From Antedon mediterranea (taxonomy: Eukaryota > Animalia > Echinodermata): a DNA stretch of 64,000 nt. Location of the stretch: assembly GCF_964355755.1 (NCBI RefSeq), contig NC_092678.1, positions 3,302,422-3,366,421 of the forward strand. The letters run 5' to 3'. A program made the translations under genes and the position numbers. Below the pieces are notes generated by a model. The model did not search any database and was not told the origin of the DNA. It worked only from the letters and a program-made list of their open reading frames with translations. Below are positions 39,001-49,300 of this stretch, in pieces. The number at the start of each line of letters is the position of its first letter. The stretch's first letter is position 1.

Positions 39001-40572
39001 CTTATCTGCGCTTTTTAACATTGTTGTTTTAGTCAAGTGTAGGGCTTAGGTATAAAATATCACCTGCACTATAAATAGAATCCTGTCAGAAGACGACATA
39101 TATCTATAAATTTTATGTCAAAAAGGGAACATTGTTTATACTGTACTTTGTACTTAAGCAGTTAAATCAACAGTATGGGGGATGGTATTGTGGCTTGGTG
39201 GTTATGATGCTTGGTGGTTATGATGCTTGGCTACCAATCTAAGGGTCCTGGGTTCAAGTCCTGTCATATGTCAGGGTTTTTTTCTCATGACAATTTACAA
39301 CTCCACTCCCAAAGACTTAATAATAAGTCTTTGTTTATGTAGAGCATCTTGTGTATATGTTTGTCTTGTGAATGGGATTGCCACCTTTGAGAAGGATAGT
39401 GAATGAATTCACTTGTGGTAATCCTTGGCAATTTGCCTAAAATGAGAATTAAAAAAAAAAAAAAAAAAAACATAACATAAAATAAAATGGTTAAAATTGT
39501 TAAGTAGATATATATTGTATACAATAGCTCAAAACAAAAACCTGTCTTTAAATAAAAATAGTTTATGTAAAATTAAGTTATTACTTGTAAAAACATACTT
39601 ATTTCTTTATTAACATTACTTTTAAAATATGGCCTTTAGAATGTAAACATTAAAGTAGGATTATAATACTGTGTGATGTGTAAACTAGCATTGCGTATTT
39701 GTTGTCAGTGTGATCGTAACTTAAGTAAATGTTGTTTATCTTATCCAATCAATGATAGGCTTATGGTCATGTAGACATAAGATTAAGTTGCACACACTTA
39801 AAAATACAGTAATTGAAAAGATGTTTAACAGTGGTCAGTTGCAAGTGTTTTAGGTCTCTGAGTATTAACCGCCTTAATGTCAACCTGAAATTAAACTCTG
39901 TATAAAAATGCACTAGCGCTTAAATTACAAATCACACTGCCTTGTCCAATGTGAACCTGGAACTAAACTCTGAAAGTGTATTAATGCTTAGAGCTTTTAA
40001 AAATAATGAAACATACAGTACACATTTTACCACTAACATTCCGAATACCAGATTTATGAAAACCACAGATATTTAGGGACAGTTCAATTGTGCATTGAGT
40101 TCCAAAAAATGCCTCAACATGGACTTAACAGGGAGGTTATAACATTTGAGAAAAGCCCTGGTTTGTACCACTACTTTCTATACAAAAGGGGGTTCTGATT
40201 CTGAATAAAAATAATGGGGTTATTCATTGTCAGTGTCACCCTGTCACTGTATTCGGGGGTATAAGACTTCACAGTCACTTACGATACTGTGTGGGGATGA
40301 ATGTTTTAAATTGGATATAGACAGTGCAAAAGTAAAGTAGCGCCAATGTTGCTGGAAAGGTTAATTTAAATAAACTATATAAATTTCAAACCCGGAGGTA
40401 CGCTTTAAATTATCCTATAGTAGGGCCTACACAATTTTTGTATAGCATAAATACAGTAGCATAATATTAAATATACTTTTTGTACCTCAAATGAACAATT
40501 AAATTACAAAATAAGTAAATAAAATATAGTAATACAATTGATACTCACATCTTGTTGTGTACGTCTCGACAT
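1..40572 (-). CDS. DNAH3: Axonemal dynein heavy chain, DNAH3-like (inner-arm class); N-terminal tail through AAA3, truncated at the window's left edge
   Basis: Phase-consistent exons: 40549-40572 ([11 protein letters not shown]), 37932-38027, 36952-37123, 36547-36682, 32807-33132, 29232-29394, 27307-27448, 17067-17302, 14786-14981, 13828-14285, 13527-13731, 12892-13226, 11940-12138, 11309-11692, 11089-11217, 10719-10919, 10244-10383, 9531-9689, 9061-9289, 8629-8781, 8333-8474, 7952-8150, 7678-7786, 7277-7567, 6657-6794, 6340-6483, 6053-6217, 5656-5790, 4982-5200, 4573-4673, 4306-4420, 3974-4107, (3506-3520), 2496-2663, 1903-2104, 1-447. Motifs: [23 protein letters not shown]1 [62 protein letters not shown]3 GPTGTGKS. 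N-terminal [24 protein letters not shown] resembles the DNAH3 N-terminus as I recall it. The dynein call is firm; the DNAH3 orthology is less so. Confidence 0.9.
845..1401. mobile_element. Non-autonomous DNA transposon / MITE with terminal inverted repeats
   Basis: Left end TACCCCTTTCATACCAAAA..AACTCCGGAG; right end CTCCGGAGTTTTGGTGTGAAAGGGGTA; internal copies of GGTGTGAAAGG and CTCCGGAG; no ORF. Confidence 0.75.
1455..1555. repeat. Short degenerate tandem repeat (ATTGGAGTGG-containing, about 28-bp unit)
   Basis: Repeated attggagtgg(t/g)cta..attggg units. Confidence 0.6.
2252..2378. mobile_element. MITE family A copy (AGCTCTGTCTACACTATCAAAC TIR), right end degraded
   Basis: Same TIR and internal gtgatgtgcccaaatatgg motif as the other family A copies. 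Confidence 0.7.
3506..3520 (-). CDS. Candidate 15-nt frame-preserving microexon of the dynein gene
   Basis: Minus strand reads gattgctttttgctttttttgcag|CCTAATTCGAAATAG|gtaagg; phase 2/2 matches both flanking exons. Confidence 0.6.
   Translation of the reverse strand, partial: PNSK
5250..5552 (+). mobile_element. Decayed SINE with L2-like 3' tail
   Basis: Body ggtccagtgtacacat..tgcactttaaagaac is shared with copies near 6915-7150, 44815-44995 and 49140-49310; ends aggcgctatataaat..(att)n. Confidence 0.55.
12287..12872. repeat. 15-bp intronic minisatellite (GGCTATCACCCACCA)n, about 39 units
   Basis: Direct reading; explains the repetitive ORFs in four frames. Confidence 0.95.
13308..13458. 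mobile_element. Tc1/mariner-type MITE relic (TA-CAGTGGAAC...CTG-TA)
   Basis: tacagtggaac..gggacacc..taataggttatactgta; related fragments near 571, 6561-6631 and 52655-52723. Confidence 0.45.
15573..15724. mobile_element. MITE family A copy
   Basis: TIRs agctctgcctacattatcaaac / gtttgatagagtagacagagtt, flanked by TAA. Confidence 0.75.
17370..17497. mobile_element. MITE family A copy
   Basis: TIRs agctctgtatagactatcaaac / tttgatattgtagacacgagct. Confidence 0.75.
18326..19872 (+). CDS. Nested gene copy A: uncharacterised protein of about 370 aa (basic N-terminus, N/S/T/V/P-rich repeats, globular C-terminal domain of about 230 aa)
   Basis: Non-coding exon ending at 17959 (aag|gtaagt); coding exons 18326-18670 (ttcag|ATG ... 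ATG|gtaaat) and 19105-19872 (ttag|TCT ... TAA) join in phase 0; AATAAA signals downstream; clear paralogue at 24624-26859. Confidence 0.8.
18902..19032. mobile_element. MITE family A copy, intact, TAA target-site duplication (PIF/Harbinger/Tourist-like)
   Basis: taa|AGCTCTGTCTACACTATCAAACT ... AGTTTGATAGTGTAGACAGAGCT|taa. Confidence 0.85.
20678..20814. mobile_element. MITE family A copy
   Basis: Family A TIRs and internal motif. Confidence 0.75.
22525..23916. mobile_element. Non-autonomous DNA transposon with imperfect TIRs of about 37 bp, 8-bp TSD and internally duplicated ends
   Basis: CTTATCTT flanks both sides (22517-22524, 23917-23924); ends GGATTAGGCCAAGTTGAGCC.CCGACAAGTTGAGCCG and CGGCTCAACTTGTCGGCGGCCCAACCGGTCATATGCC. 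Confidence 0.8.
24624..26859 (+). CDS. Nested gene copy B: uncharacterised protein of about 580 aa, paralogue of copy A with an expanded repeat region
   Basis: Non-coding exon ending at 22452 (aag|gtaagt); coding exons 24624-25604 and 26098-26859 join in phase 0; shares LPLxIAPGxRGF, VYDMxYS, LGxFFCDS and KSDxHxLDPIxGxxWDVK with copy A. Confidence 0.8.
24752..25070 (+). repeat. Coding 51-bp tandem repeat ([17 protein letters not shown], about 6 copies)
   Basis: Near-identical 17-codon units in exon 2 of copy B, followed by degenerate 12-aa units. Confidence 0.9.
27657..28270 (-). mobile_element. 3' fragment of a CR1/L2-type LINE
   Basis: ORF2 C-terminus [25 protein letters not shown], 3' UTR hairpin region and short TCAAA-repeat tail. 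Confidence 0.75.
29401..32424 (+). mobile_element. CR1/L2-group non-LTR retrotransposon, 5'-truncated; ORF2 (APE endonuclease + reverse transcriptase) with one frameshift
   Basis: Endonuclease motifs FSETW, YRPP, ILGDFN, LDNI, TDHLPI (29417-30460). RT motifs [38 protein letters not shown] (30525-32210). The two ORFs join across the A7 run at 30386-30392. The 3' UTR has a hairpin aagctc-tttt-gagttt, AATAAA and a (TTTGAA)3 tail. Confidence 0.95.
33576..33814 (+). mobile_element. tRNA-derived SINE
   Basis: A-box-like TAGCTGTGTGG, B-box-like GAGTTCAATTCC, core gagctgtaaatgagtacctgg, tail acctttacc; an inverted copy lies at about 57940-58130. Confidence 0.7.
34208..34222. promoter_or_regulatory. 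RFX X-box-like motif in a dynein intron
   Basis: GTTGCCCATAGCAAT resembles the GTTRCC-n-ATRGYAAC consensus. Confidence 0.35.
36351..36491. mobile_element. MITE family A copy, intact
   Basis: Near-perfect family A TIRs. Confidence 0.85.
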
Positions 40573-40716
40573 TTTGATAAATTCTGTATTTGTAGGCCTA
40601 GATTGTCTTAAGTTTCCAAGTTAAGTTTGGCCTACATTATGCCTCTGGACAGGGCTACATAGGTGCAGCTTACCACACCACTGTGAGTTCGGTCACTGTG
40701 AGTTCTTACTCGTACC

Positions 40717-40736
40717 GTACACATGGACAACAAACA
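40717..40736 (-). promoter_or_regulatory. Putative dynein promoter: X-box-like motif adjacent to a forkhead-like motif
   Basis: Minus strand GTTTGTTGTCCATGTGTAC, just upstream of a putative non-coding first exon (donor at 40672-40673) that would splice to the ATG exon 40549-40583. Confidence 0.4.
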
Positions 40737-41219
40737 CAAATATTTCCCCACTAAAACGAATATTGTACAAATACGACTTTCAGATAAATATCATAATAAT
40801 CATTACATCTCGAGTCTAGTTTATGTCATTTTACAAACTTCTAGAATGTTGCATTAGAAAGTTCCAATACAAGTCTGCTTTGATTTTAGTAGCTAACACC
40901 TTGTATTGTATTGCTAAGGAAGTATATAGAGGGCGCTATATCATTTTATACTATAATACACAGTTATCATAGTATTTGTGCTTTAATGGCTGTTTGCATG
41001 AAATCTGCTTTTCAGCCTGCTTTTTATAAAACATTTTAGCAGTCTGCCATCGAAAGCTGTCTAAATCATTCTTTACAAAATGAATACAAAAAAACATATT
41101 GCAACACAATTTATTTATTACAACAGATTGTAAATAAAAATATTTCATTAAATATACACCATCACATAAACATTAAAAAGGTACAGAATCTTTCCTGTTA
41201 AAATAGAGTTCAGTTGTTG

Positions 41220-41291
41220 ATTAAACTAATCCTCAAGCAAAGCCTCCTCATCAGTGATGAGTTTAAAACTCTACTATCATTTTTTCTAATA
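41220..41291 (-). promoter_or_regulatory. SECIS element (eukaryotic type II)
   Basis: Minus strand: ATTAGA aaaa A TGAT AGTAGAGTTTT AAA CTCATC act GATGAG GAGGCTTTGCT TGAG gattag TTTAAT. This gives helix I ATTAGA/TTTAAT, the AUGA/GA non-Watson-Crick core, an 11-bp helix II fully paired with G-U allowed, unpaired AAA and a 6-bp apical minihelix. AATAAA lies about 100 nt downstream (about 41114-41119). Confidence 0.85.
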
Positions 41292-41410
41292 CAAAAAACT
41301 GAAAATTATTCTGTAGAAAGAACAAATATGAAGAAACATTTTTTAATTCATTTCTCAGTATTTTACAATTAAATTGGTTAATACAAATGTGTAATTAATA
41401 CTATTTCTAA

Positions 41411-41541
41411 ACCTCTGTCAACACTATGAAACTAGTTTGTCGAGAAGTGTGATATACCCAAATATGTTAGTGATATGACATCATCGTGTCCTTATATGGG
41501 CACATCACATTTTTTTGTCTGGTAAAATTTGATAATGTAGG
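41411..41541. mobile_element. MITE family A copy (degraded)
   Basis: Family A left TIR and internal motif. Confidence 0.65.
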
Positions 41542-41921
41542 TTAAATCCTAAAATCAAGGTTACGTTTTCAATTTTAATTGATTCACAATTTTTAATGAA
41601 TCAAATTCTTTTTTTTACTGTAAAATGATCACTTTATGATTTAAAAATAAATTGTAAATATGTAAGTATGACAAAACAAATGGATGGAGCTACAGTGAGA
41701 AAAAGAAGTCATCTAAGAATCAAATTTAGAATATTCTTAGTGTGAATAATATGTTCGATAACATAATCTAAAATGCAGCATTTAGCAGAAATTTAATCCC
41801 TGAAGCTCTAATAAGTAGTATTATATAATAATTTATTCTATTATTTTACATATATCTACATAATCGGTAAAATTTCTTCATGTTTGCTGTTCTGTACTAT
41901 AAGTTTTTTCTCCGTAAAAAT

Positions 41922-42653
41922 TTAGTTTGAATGGCTGTATAATTCATTATACTCTGGCGGCGGAGCGCTAGGCACCACATCAGTTGACTGGGCCGGGGTA
42001 GCAATGTACGTGGTTTGTGTGGGCTCTGAACACATTGGTGCACCGTGACCTTTGGTCTTCTTACCTGAAAGAAAAATATCAAATATAATATTAAGTATAA
42101 AAAGCTTTATTTTATTTGAGAAAAACTATTAGCAGTATTACACTTTATGAAATTTGGTTTATGTATGTAGGAATATAACAGGAATTGGAGGGTGCATGGG
42201 TAATATTAATTGGGGTTCAATTTACCCGTCTTTAGGACGCAACCGGAGGATGAGGCGGTAGTTTGCTTCTCATCAGAATCGGATCCTTTGACGGCTTTGG
42301 TGACCTTATTCTTCACGTAGCCCACCGCTGTTGATAAAACCAAATTGACACATATTATTACATAGGCCTACGATAATCAATAGTTTTTATTACTCCACAA
42401 TGCTGTGGTTTTATTATTATATATAGCCTAGATAGTACAACAATAAAGTCACCTTTAATACTACCCAAATATCATTAGGCCTAGGCCAACAACTTAACCC
42501 TTTTAAAGCTCACTCTGCAGCCCAATTCCGTGTACTTAATTAACCCACTAAGGGCTCTAAACAAAGACCAGATAGGCCTAAACAAAAAGTCATTATTTAT
42601 ACTATTATATTTTGTTTACAAACAAACTTACCATCAATTATTAGTCACACCAT
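41922..42653 (-). CDS. Candidate novel small selenoprotein, 88 aa, Sec at residue 3, C-terminal PSAP/PPxY motifs
   Basis: Exons 42632-42653, 42226-42327 and 41922-42064 (GT-AG, phases 1/1) give MVULIIDAVGYVKNKVTKAVKGSDSDEKQTTASSSGCVLKTGKKTKGHGAPMCSEPTQTTYIATPAQSTDVVPSAPPPEYNELYSHSN*. Strong Kozak context aagATGG; in-frame TGA at 42645-42647; SECIS in the 3' region. Confidence 0.75.
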
Positions 42654-43307
42654 CTTCTTTAAACAGTTTTACCCAATTTACAGGGTTTATTTTCGTTTAA
42701 TTATATTAAAAATAGCTTGTTTTATGAGGTGCAAATTATGTGCTAAGTGACTACTCAGCATCAGATGACGTAAGATAAACAAACTCTGCTGCCCTCTATG
42801 TTTTTAATTTGCAAAGCTTAAAGGGTGACTCCGGGTTTAAAATTTGTGAAATTAAAAAAAAAACAAACTTGTGTTTAGTTTTGATTTAAGTATTTTTATT
42901 TACATATTACAAATTAAAAAAAATTGCAAAGTTTGGCACTCGAATCAATAAAAAAAAGTTTAGGATGATAAAAAATAAACTAAAAAAAACATCGGGAAAA
43001 CAATCTTATAATATTGAATAGAGTATTGCACACTTCGATAATGGGGACATATCTAACTATGTACACTCTAAATCTTTGTGACAAAAATTGATTAAGAAAA
43101 TAAATAAAGAACATTGAATATTCACAAACTTATTATTATTATACAACTCTTCATTAATATGTTTTCCAAAAAGAAAGTTTTATTTTCTGTACAGTTCAAC
43201 AAAAATGTCACTAGCAGGATTTGTACCAGCGACCTCTCACTAACAAGGTGTGTGTCATACCGTAAAACCATATTCCATTGTTCAGTACTCAGTGTATATT
43301 ATAGTCT

Positions 43308-46300
43308 TTAAGCACAAATAATTGTGTCATCCATCTTGTAAGCTGTGTGTTGATCTCTCCTCCACAGCGATTTGTCTATATCTTCACTGTTACTGTTTCT
43401 ATCTACGACAACGATAACATCTTCATATTTTGGTGGCGGTGGCTCCGTCACCTGATTACCAGATCTCGGTCTCAACACGACTTGTTCATACGACGGTGGA
43501 CGATCATGATACAGTTGGTTTCTGTGATTGACACTCTGGTCGGGATAATTTCCTGGCCATGCTTTAAAAAATATAATTATAACAAATCATTAAAATATTC
43601 AAAGTATCAAAACATGTTTGTCAAATTGCTTTTTATCAACATAATAAAAGTTATATATAAAAAAGTAAAGCAAGTCATAAAACTTCATCGTGTTTAAAAG
43701 AGCGCTCACTTCTTTTCTACGTGTACGATTATCTTCTGAGTTTAATATGATCTGGCCCCTCAGACAATAATCTTGAAATATCTATCTTCATTTGTAATTT
43801 TGATGACGTCATCGTTTAAAAAATTGGAATAAAAGATGGGTCTCGTAATTTCATCTATAGTACACTGTATAAATTACATACTGTATATTTTTTATATTTT
43901 TAATTATTCTTATACCGTCACGTCTCTCCCAAAATTTTGATTTTATTCTTTGAATTGATGCTTATTAAAAACAAAAATATTGGTACAGTTTTAGAGACTG
44001 TATTACAGGTAATGTACAACTAGAGAGCTAAATGACATATTACATCTCCATACTAGTGGATTGCTTTTGTTTAGTTGTATTAGCTGTTAGACATACATTT
44101 TCTTTTGCACTTGTAAATCATGTAGATTATTATCAGCAGACAAACTGGAACGATCATTGTCAATAGGTACTGTGTCTTGCTACCAGAAACAGCAGTAAGA
44201 TTATTCACTGAAATATAAAAACAATGTTATATAAAAAATATATATATTTAAACAAAGTCTATTTTTTTAATGATAAATGTTGCAAACATCTGCTTTTTTA
44301 TTTGAAAAAAAGGTCTAAACTATTAGAGGCATATATGATAATGTATAAAGTTTGGTTCACCCTAGGACGTAATGCAACGTAAGCAATTTAACCAATCACA
44401 AGTAATAGATTATCCAAATTTTTACTGGTGATTGGTGAATTCGCTTGCGTGATGTGCCAATATACAGACATGATGATGTCATATCACTACCATATTTGGG
44501 TATATCACTACCATGGTATATCACTACCATATTTGGGCACATCACACTAGTTCGATAGTGTAGACAGAGCTTTAGTCTTGATGCAGACCTCACCTTCAAC
44601 CTGTTTCTGGATGCAGAATTCACCAGTATAAAGTGGCGGACAGTGACAGTAATAGCCATCTTGTGAATGGTAACACGTTCCTCCATTAAAACAGTGGTTC
44701 TGCAGAGGGCATTCATTTATTGTTCCTGTAAAATCTAATGGAAGAGAAAGAGGATTAACATTCAGTAATCAATGTCAAATCTTGCCATTAAGCAGAACTC
44801 CAAACACTTTAGTTTAAGTGAGTGAGTGGCCAAGAGTTTAAGTGAGTGAGTGGTCGAGAGAGCGGAACCCTAATATGTAGGCATAACATTGGCAAGCGAT
44901 TAAGGCTCACTCGCTTCATTGTTCTTATCGGATAAGGCTATAAACCGTAGGTCCAGTGTACACATCCAGCTCATGTGAGAGAGATGGTGCAAGACCTGTC
45001 TGTGGAATTTACTTGTTTTCTCATTGCCTCGTCTTTTGAGTGAAGCATAAACCACAGTTGGTTTTATGTACATACAATGCACATGGAAAGAGTTTGGGAT
45101 TGTCTCTCAGTGTGCTGATCATGGCTCCACACTGAGAGAACGGTCTTGTACTAAAGAGTTCATTTAGTGTGGCTCCACACTGAGAGAACGGTCTTGTACT
45201 AAAGAGTTCATTTAGTGTGGCTCCACACTGAGAGAGCGGTCTTGTACTAAAGAGTTCATTTAGTGTGGCTCCACACTGAGAGAACGGTCTTGTACTAAAG
45301 AGTTCATTTAGTGTGGCTCTACACTGAGAGAACGGTCTTGTACTAAAGAGTTCATTTAGTGTGGCTCTACACTGAGAGAACGGTCTTGTACTAAAGAGTT
45401 CATTTAGTGTGGCTCCACACTGAGAGAACGGTCTTGTACTAAAGAGTTCATTTAGTGTGGCTCCACACTGAGAGAACGGTCTTGTACTAAAGAGTTCATT
45501 TAGTGTGGCTCTACACTGAGAGAGCGGTCTTGTACTAAAGAGTTCATTTAGTGTGGCTCCACACTGAGAGAACGGTCTTGTACTAAAGAGTTCATTTAGT
45601 GTGGCTCCACACTGAGAGAACGGTCTTGTACTAAAGAGTTCATTTAGTGTGGCTCCACACTGAGAGAGCGGTCTTGTACTAAAGAGTTCATTTAGTGTGG
45701 CTCCACACTGAGAGAACGGTCTTGTAATAAAGAGTTCATTTAGTGTGGCTCCACACTGAGAGAGCGGTCTTGTACTAAAGAGTTCATTTAGTGTGGCTCT
45801 ACACTGAGAGAACGGTCTTGTACTAAAGAGTTCATTTAGTGTGGCTCCACACTGAGAGAACGGTCTTGTACTAAAGAGTTCATTTAGTGTGGCTCCACAC
45901 TGAGAGAACGGTCTTGTACTAAAGAGTTCATTTAGTGTGGCTCTACACTGAGAGAGCGGTCTTGTACTAAAGAGTTCATTTAGTGTGGCTCTACACTGAG
46001 AGAGCGGTCTTGTACTAAAGAGTTCATTTAGTGTGGCTCTACACTGAGAGAACGGTCTTGTACTAAAGAGTTCATTTAGTGTGGCTCTACACTGAGAGAA
46101 CGGTCTTGTACTAAAGAGTTCATTTAGTGTGGCTCTACACTGAGAGAGCCGTCTTGTACTAAAGAGTTCATTTAGTGTGGCTCCACACTGAGAGAGCGGT
46201 CTTGTACTAAAGAGTTCATTTAGTGTGGCTCCACACTGAGAGAACGGTCTTGTACTAAAGAGTTCATTTAGTGTGGCTCCACACTGAGAGAACGGTCTTG

Positions 46301-49300
46301 TACTAAAGAGTTCATTTAGTGTGGCTCCACACTGAGAGAACGGTCTTGTACTAAAGAGTTCATTTAGTGTGGCTCCACAATGAGAGAGCGGTCTTGTACT
46401 AAAGAGTTCATTTAGTGTGGCTCCACACTGAGAGAGCGGTCTTGTACTAAAGAGTTCATTTAGTGTGGCTCCACACTGAGAGAACGGTCTTGTACTAAAG
46501 AGTTCATTTAGTGTGGCTCCACACTGAGAGAGCGGTCTTGTACTAAAGAGTTCATTTAGTGTGGCTCTACACTGAGAGAACGGTCTTGTACTAAAGAGTT
46601 CATTTAGTGTGGCTCCACACTGAGAGAACGGTCTTGTACTAAAGAGTTCATTTAGTGTGGCTCCACACTGAGAGAACGGTCTTGTACTAAAGAGTTCATT
46701 TAGTGTGGCTCTACACTGAGAGAGCGGTCCTGTACTAAAGAGTTCATTTAGTGTGGCTCTACACTGAGAGAGCGGTCTTGTACTAAAGAGTTCATTTAGT
46801 GTGGCTCTACACTGAGAGAACGGTCTTGTACTAAAGAGTTCATTTAGTGTGGCTCTACACTGAGAGAACGGTCTTGTACTAAAAAGTTCATTTAGTGTGG
46901 CTCTACACTGAGAGAGCCGTCTTGTACTAAAGAGTTCATTTAGTGTGGCTCCACACTGAGAGAGCGGTCTTGTACTAAAGAGTTCATTTAGTGTGGCTCC
47001 ACACTGAGAGAACGGTCTTGTACTAAAGAGTTCATTTAGTGTGGCTCCACACTGAGAGAACGGTCTTGTACTAAAGAGTTCATTTAGTGTGGCTCCACAC
47101 TGAGAGAACGGTCTTGTACTAAAGAGTTCATTTAGTGTGGCTCCACAATGAGAGAGCGGTCTTGTACTAAAGAGTTCATTTAGTGTGGCTCCACACTGAG
47201 AGAGCGGTCTTGTACTAAAGAGTTCATTTAGTGTGGCTCTACACTGAGAGAACGGTCTTGTACTAAAGAGTTCATTTAGTGTGGCTCCACACTGAGAGAG
47301 CGGTCTTGTACTAAAGAGTTCATTTAGTGTGGCTCCACACTGAGAGAACGGTCTTGTACTAAAGAGTTCATTTAGTGTGGCTCTACACTGAGAGAACGGT
47401 CTTGTACTAAAGAGTTCATTTAGTGTGGCTCCACACTGAGAGAACGGTCTTGTACTAAAGAGTTCATTTAGTGTGGCTCCACACTGAGAGAACGGTCTTG
47501 TACTAAAGAGTTCATTTAGTGTGGCTCTACACTGAGAGAACGGTCTTGTACTAAAGAGTTCATTTAGTGTGGCTCTACACTGAGAGAGCGGTCTTGTACT
47601 AAAGAGTTCATTTAGTGTGGCTCCACACTGAGAGAACGGTCTTGTACTAAAGAGTTCATTTAGTGTGGCTCTACACTGAGAGAACGGTCTTGTACTAAAG
47701 AGTTCATTTAGTGTGGCTCTACACTGAGAGAGCGGTCTTGTACTAAAGAGTTCATTTAGTGTGGCTCCACACTGAGAGAACGGTCTTGTACTAAAGAGTT
47801 CATTTAGTGTGGCTCTACACTGAGAGAACGGTCTTGTACTAAAGAGTTCATTTAGTGTGGCTCCACACTGAGAGAACGGTCTTGTACTAAAGAGTTCATT
47901 TAGTGTGGCTCCACACTGAGAGAGCGGTCTTGTACTAAAGAGTTCATTTAGTGTGGCTCTACACTGAGAGAGCGGTCTTGTACTAAAGAGTTCATTTAGT
48001 GTGGCTCTACACTGAGAGAGCGGTCTTGTACTAAAGAGTTCATTTAGTGTGGCTCTACACTGAGAGAGCGGTCTTGTACTAAAGAGTTCATTTAGTGTGG
48101 CTCCACACTGAGAGAACGGTCTTGTACTAAAGAGTTCATTTAGTGTGGCTCTACACTGAGAGAACGGTCTTGTACTAAAGAGTTCATTTAGTGTGGCTCC
48201 ACACTGAGAGAGCGGTCTTGTACTAAAGAGTTCATTTGGTTTTAAGAATAAAAATAACAATAGAATGTTTTACCGTTTACTTTGATAAATTCACAAGTTC
48301 GTCCGTAGTAGTCATCGGGACAGACACAGAATGGAGTGGCGTAGATTGTGTCTCGGCAAGTACCTCCATTCTCACAGTACATGTCATGACACCCTAGTAT
48401 GTATCAAATTAAATATATAAATTGAAAAAAATAGTATAAATTCATCAGCTGTAGCTATTGTCAAAATTTTTAACATACAAAATAGATTTAGTGTCGATAC
48501 AATGCATTTGGTTTCACAGCCTTGTTATATTAAGTACTTACCATTCGAGCGTGTGCATCCAAGTGCAAAATATCCCGGAGCACATTGGCAACGAAACTGA
48601 CCATTGGTCAAGGCCTGGCAGGTACCACCATTGGAACATGTCACTCCTTGACAGGCTGTTAAATCTAGAAAAAAAAAACCAAAGAAATATATTACCATAC
48701 CACTTTGGTTTGAGCCTAGCCCTCTTAAACAGAAAAGTAGTGTCAAAGCATTTATGTACATTTTAAAAATTTGGTCTTAATATTTGGAGGCGGGCGTAGT
48801 GTATCTGTCAGTACAGTACTATGTTTGGTAAAATATAATTTTATTTCAAAATCATATGTACTGTAAAGGGCATGCAAGTACATACCATTCTCCATACCAA
48901 ATTCAAACACACCCTCTATTCCATGAGGCGATTCCTTCAAATCCTGGGAGCGTATACGCATGTACAGGTTGTTCTTTTTTGAGTTGATAGTGAAGTTACG
49001 CTGTAGGTTTGTAGTGAGCCAATTGCCTTCGAGAAGGATGGGAGATTTAGAGGTCAAGCCATCAAGAACTTGTATGTATAGGATTATGCTGTCAATTGAA
49101 CCTATGAAGAAAGAAAAACATTTTTAATAAGGTCGAGTCAAGTTGCTAAGCAGGTCAAGACTGGCACAGGGCCAAGGCTCTCCTCAACTGGTGGTAGAAT
49201 AAGTCTTCCTGGGTGAGGATTGCACTTTAAAGAACCTAGCACATCTTACAAAATCGTAGAGGGTTACCCCAGTGTACTGGTCATTCCATCTCAGCTCGTT

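Noticed and set aside
43710-43771. Possible extra exon of the CUB-EGF gene
   Set aside because: Its best donor gives phase 0, which breaks the PPxY-containing frame; exons 44097-44207 and 43308-43561 join in frame without it.
45021-48260. 1079-aa repetitive ORF or CRISPR-like array
   Set aside because: Pure 48-bp tandem repeat with no unique spacers and no cas genes, lying in an intron of a eukaryotic gene on the same strand; the ORF is a by-product of the repeat.
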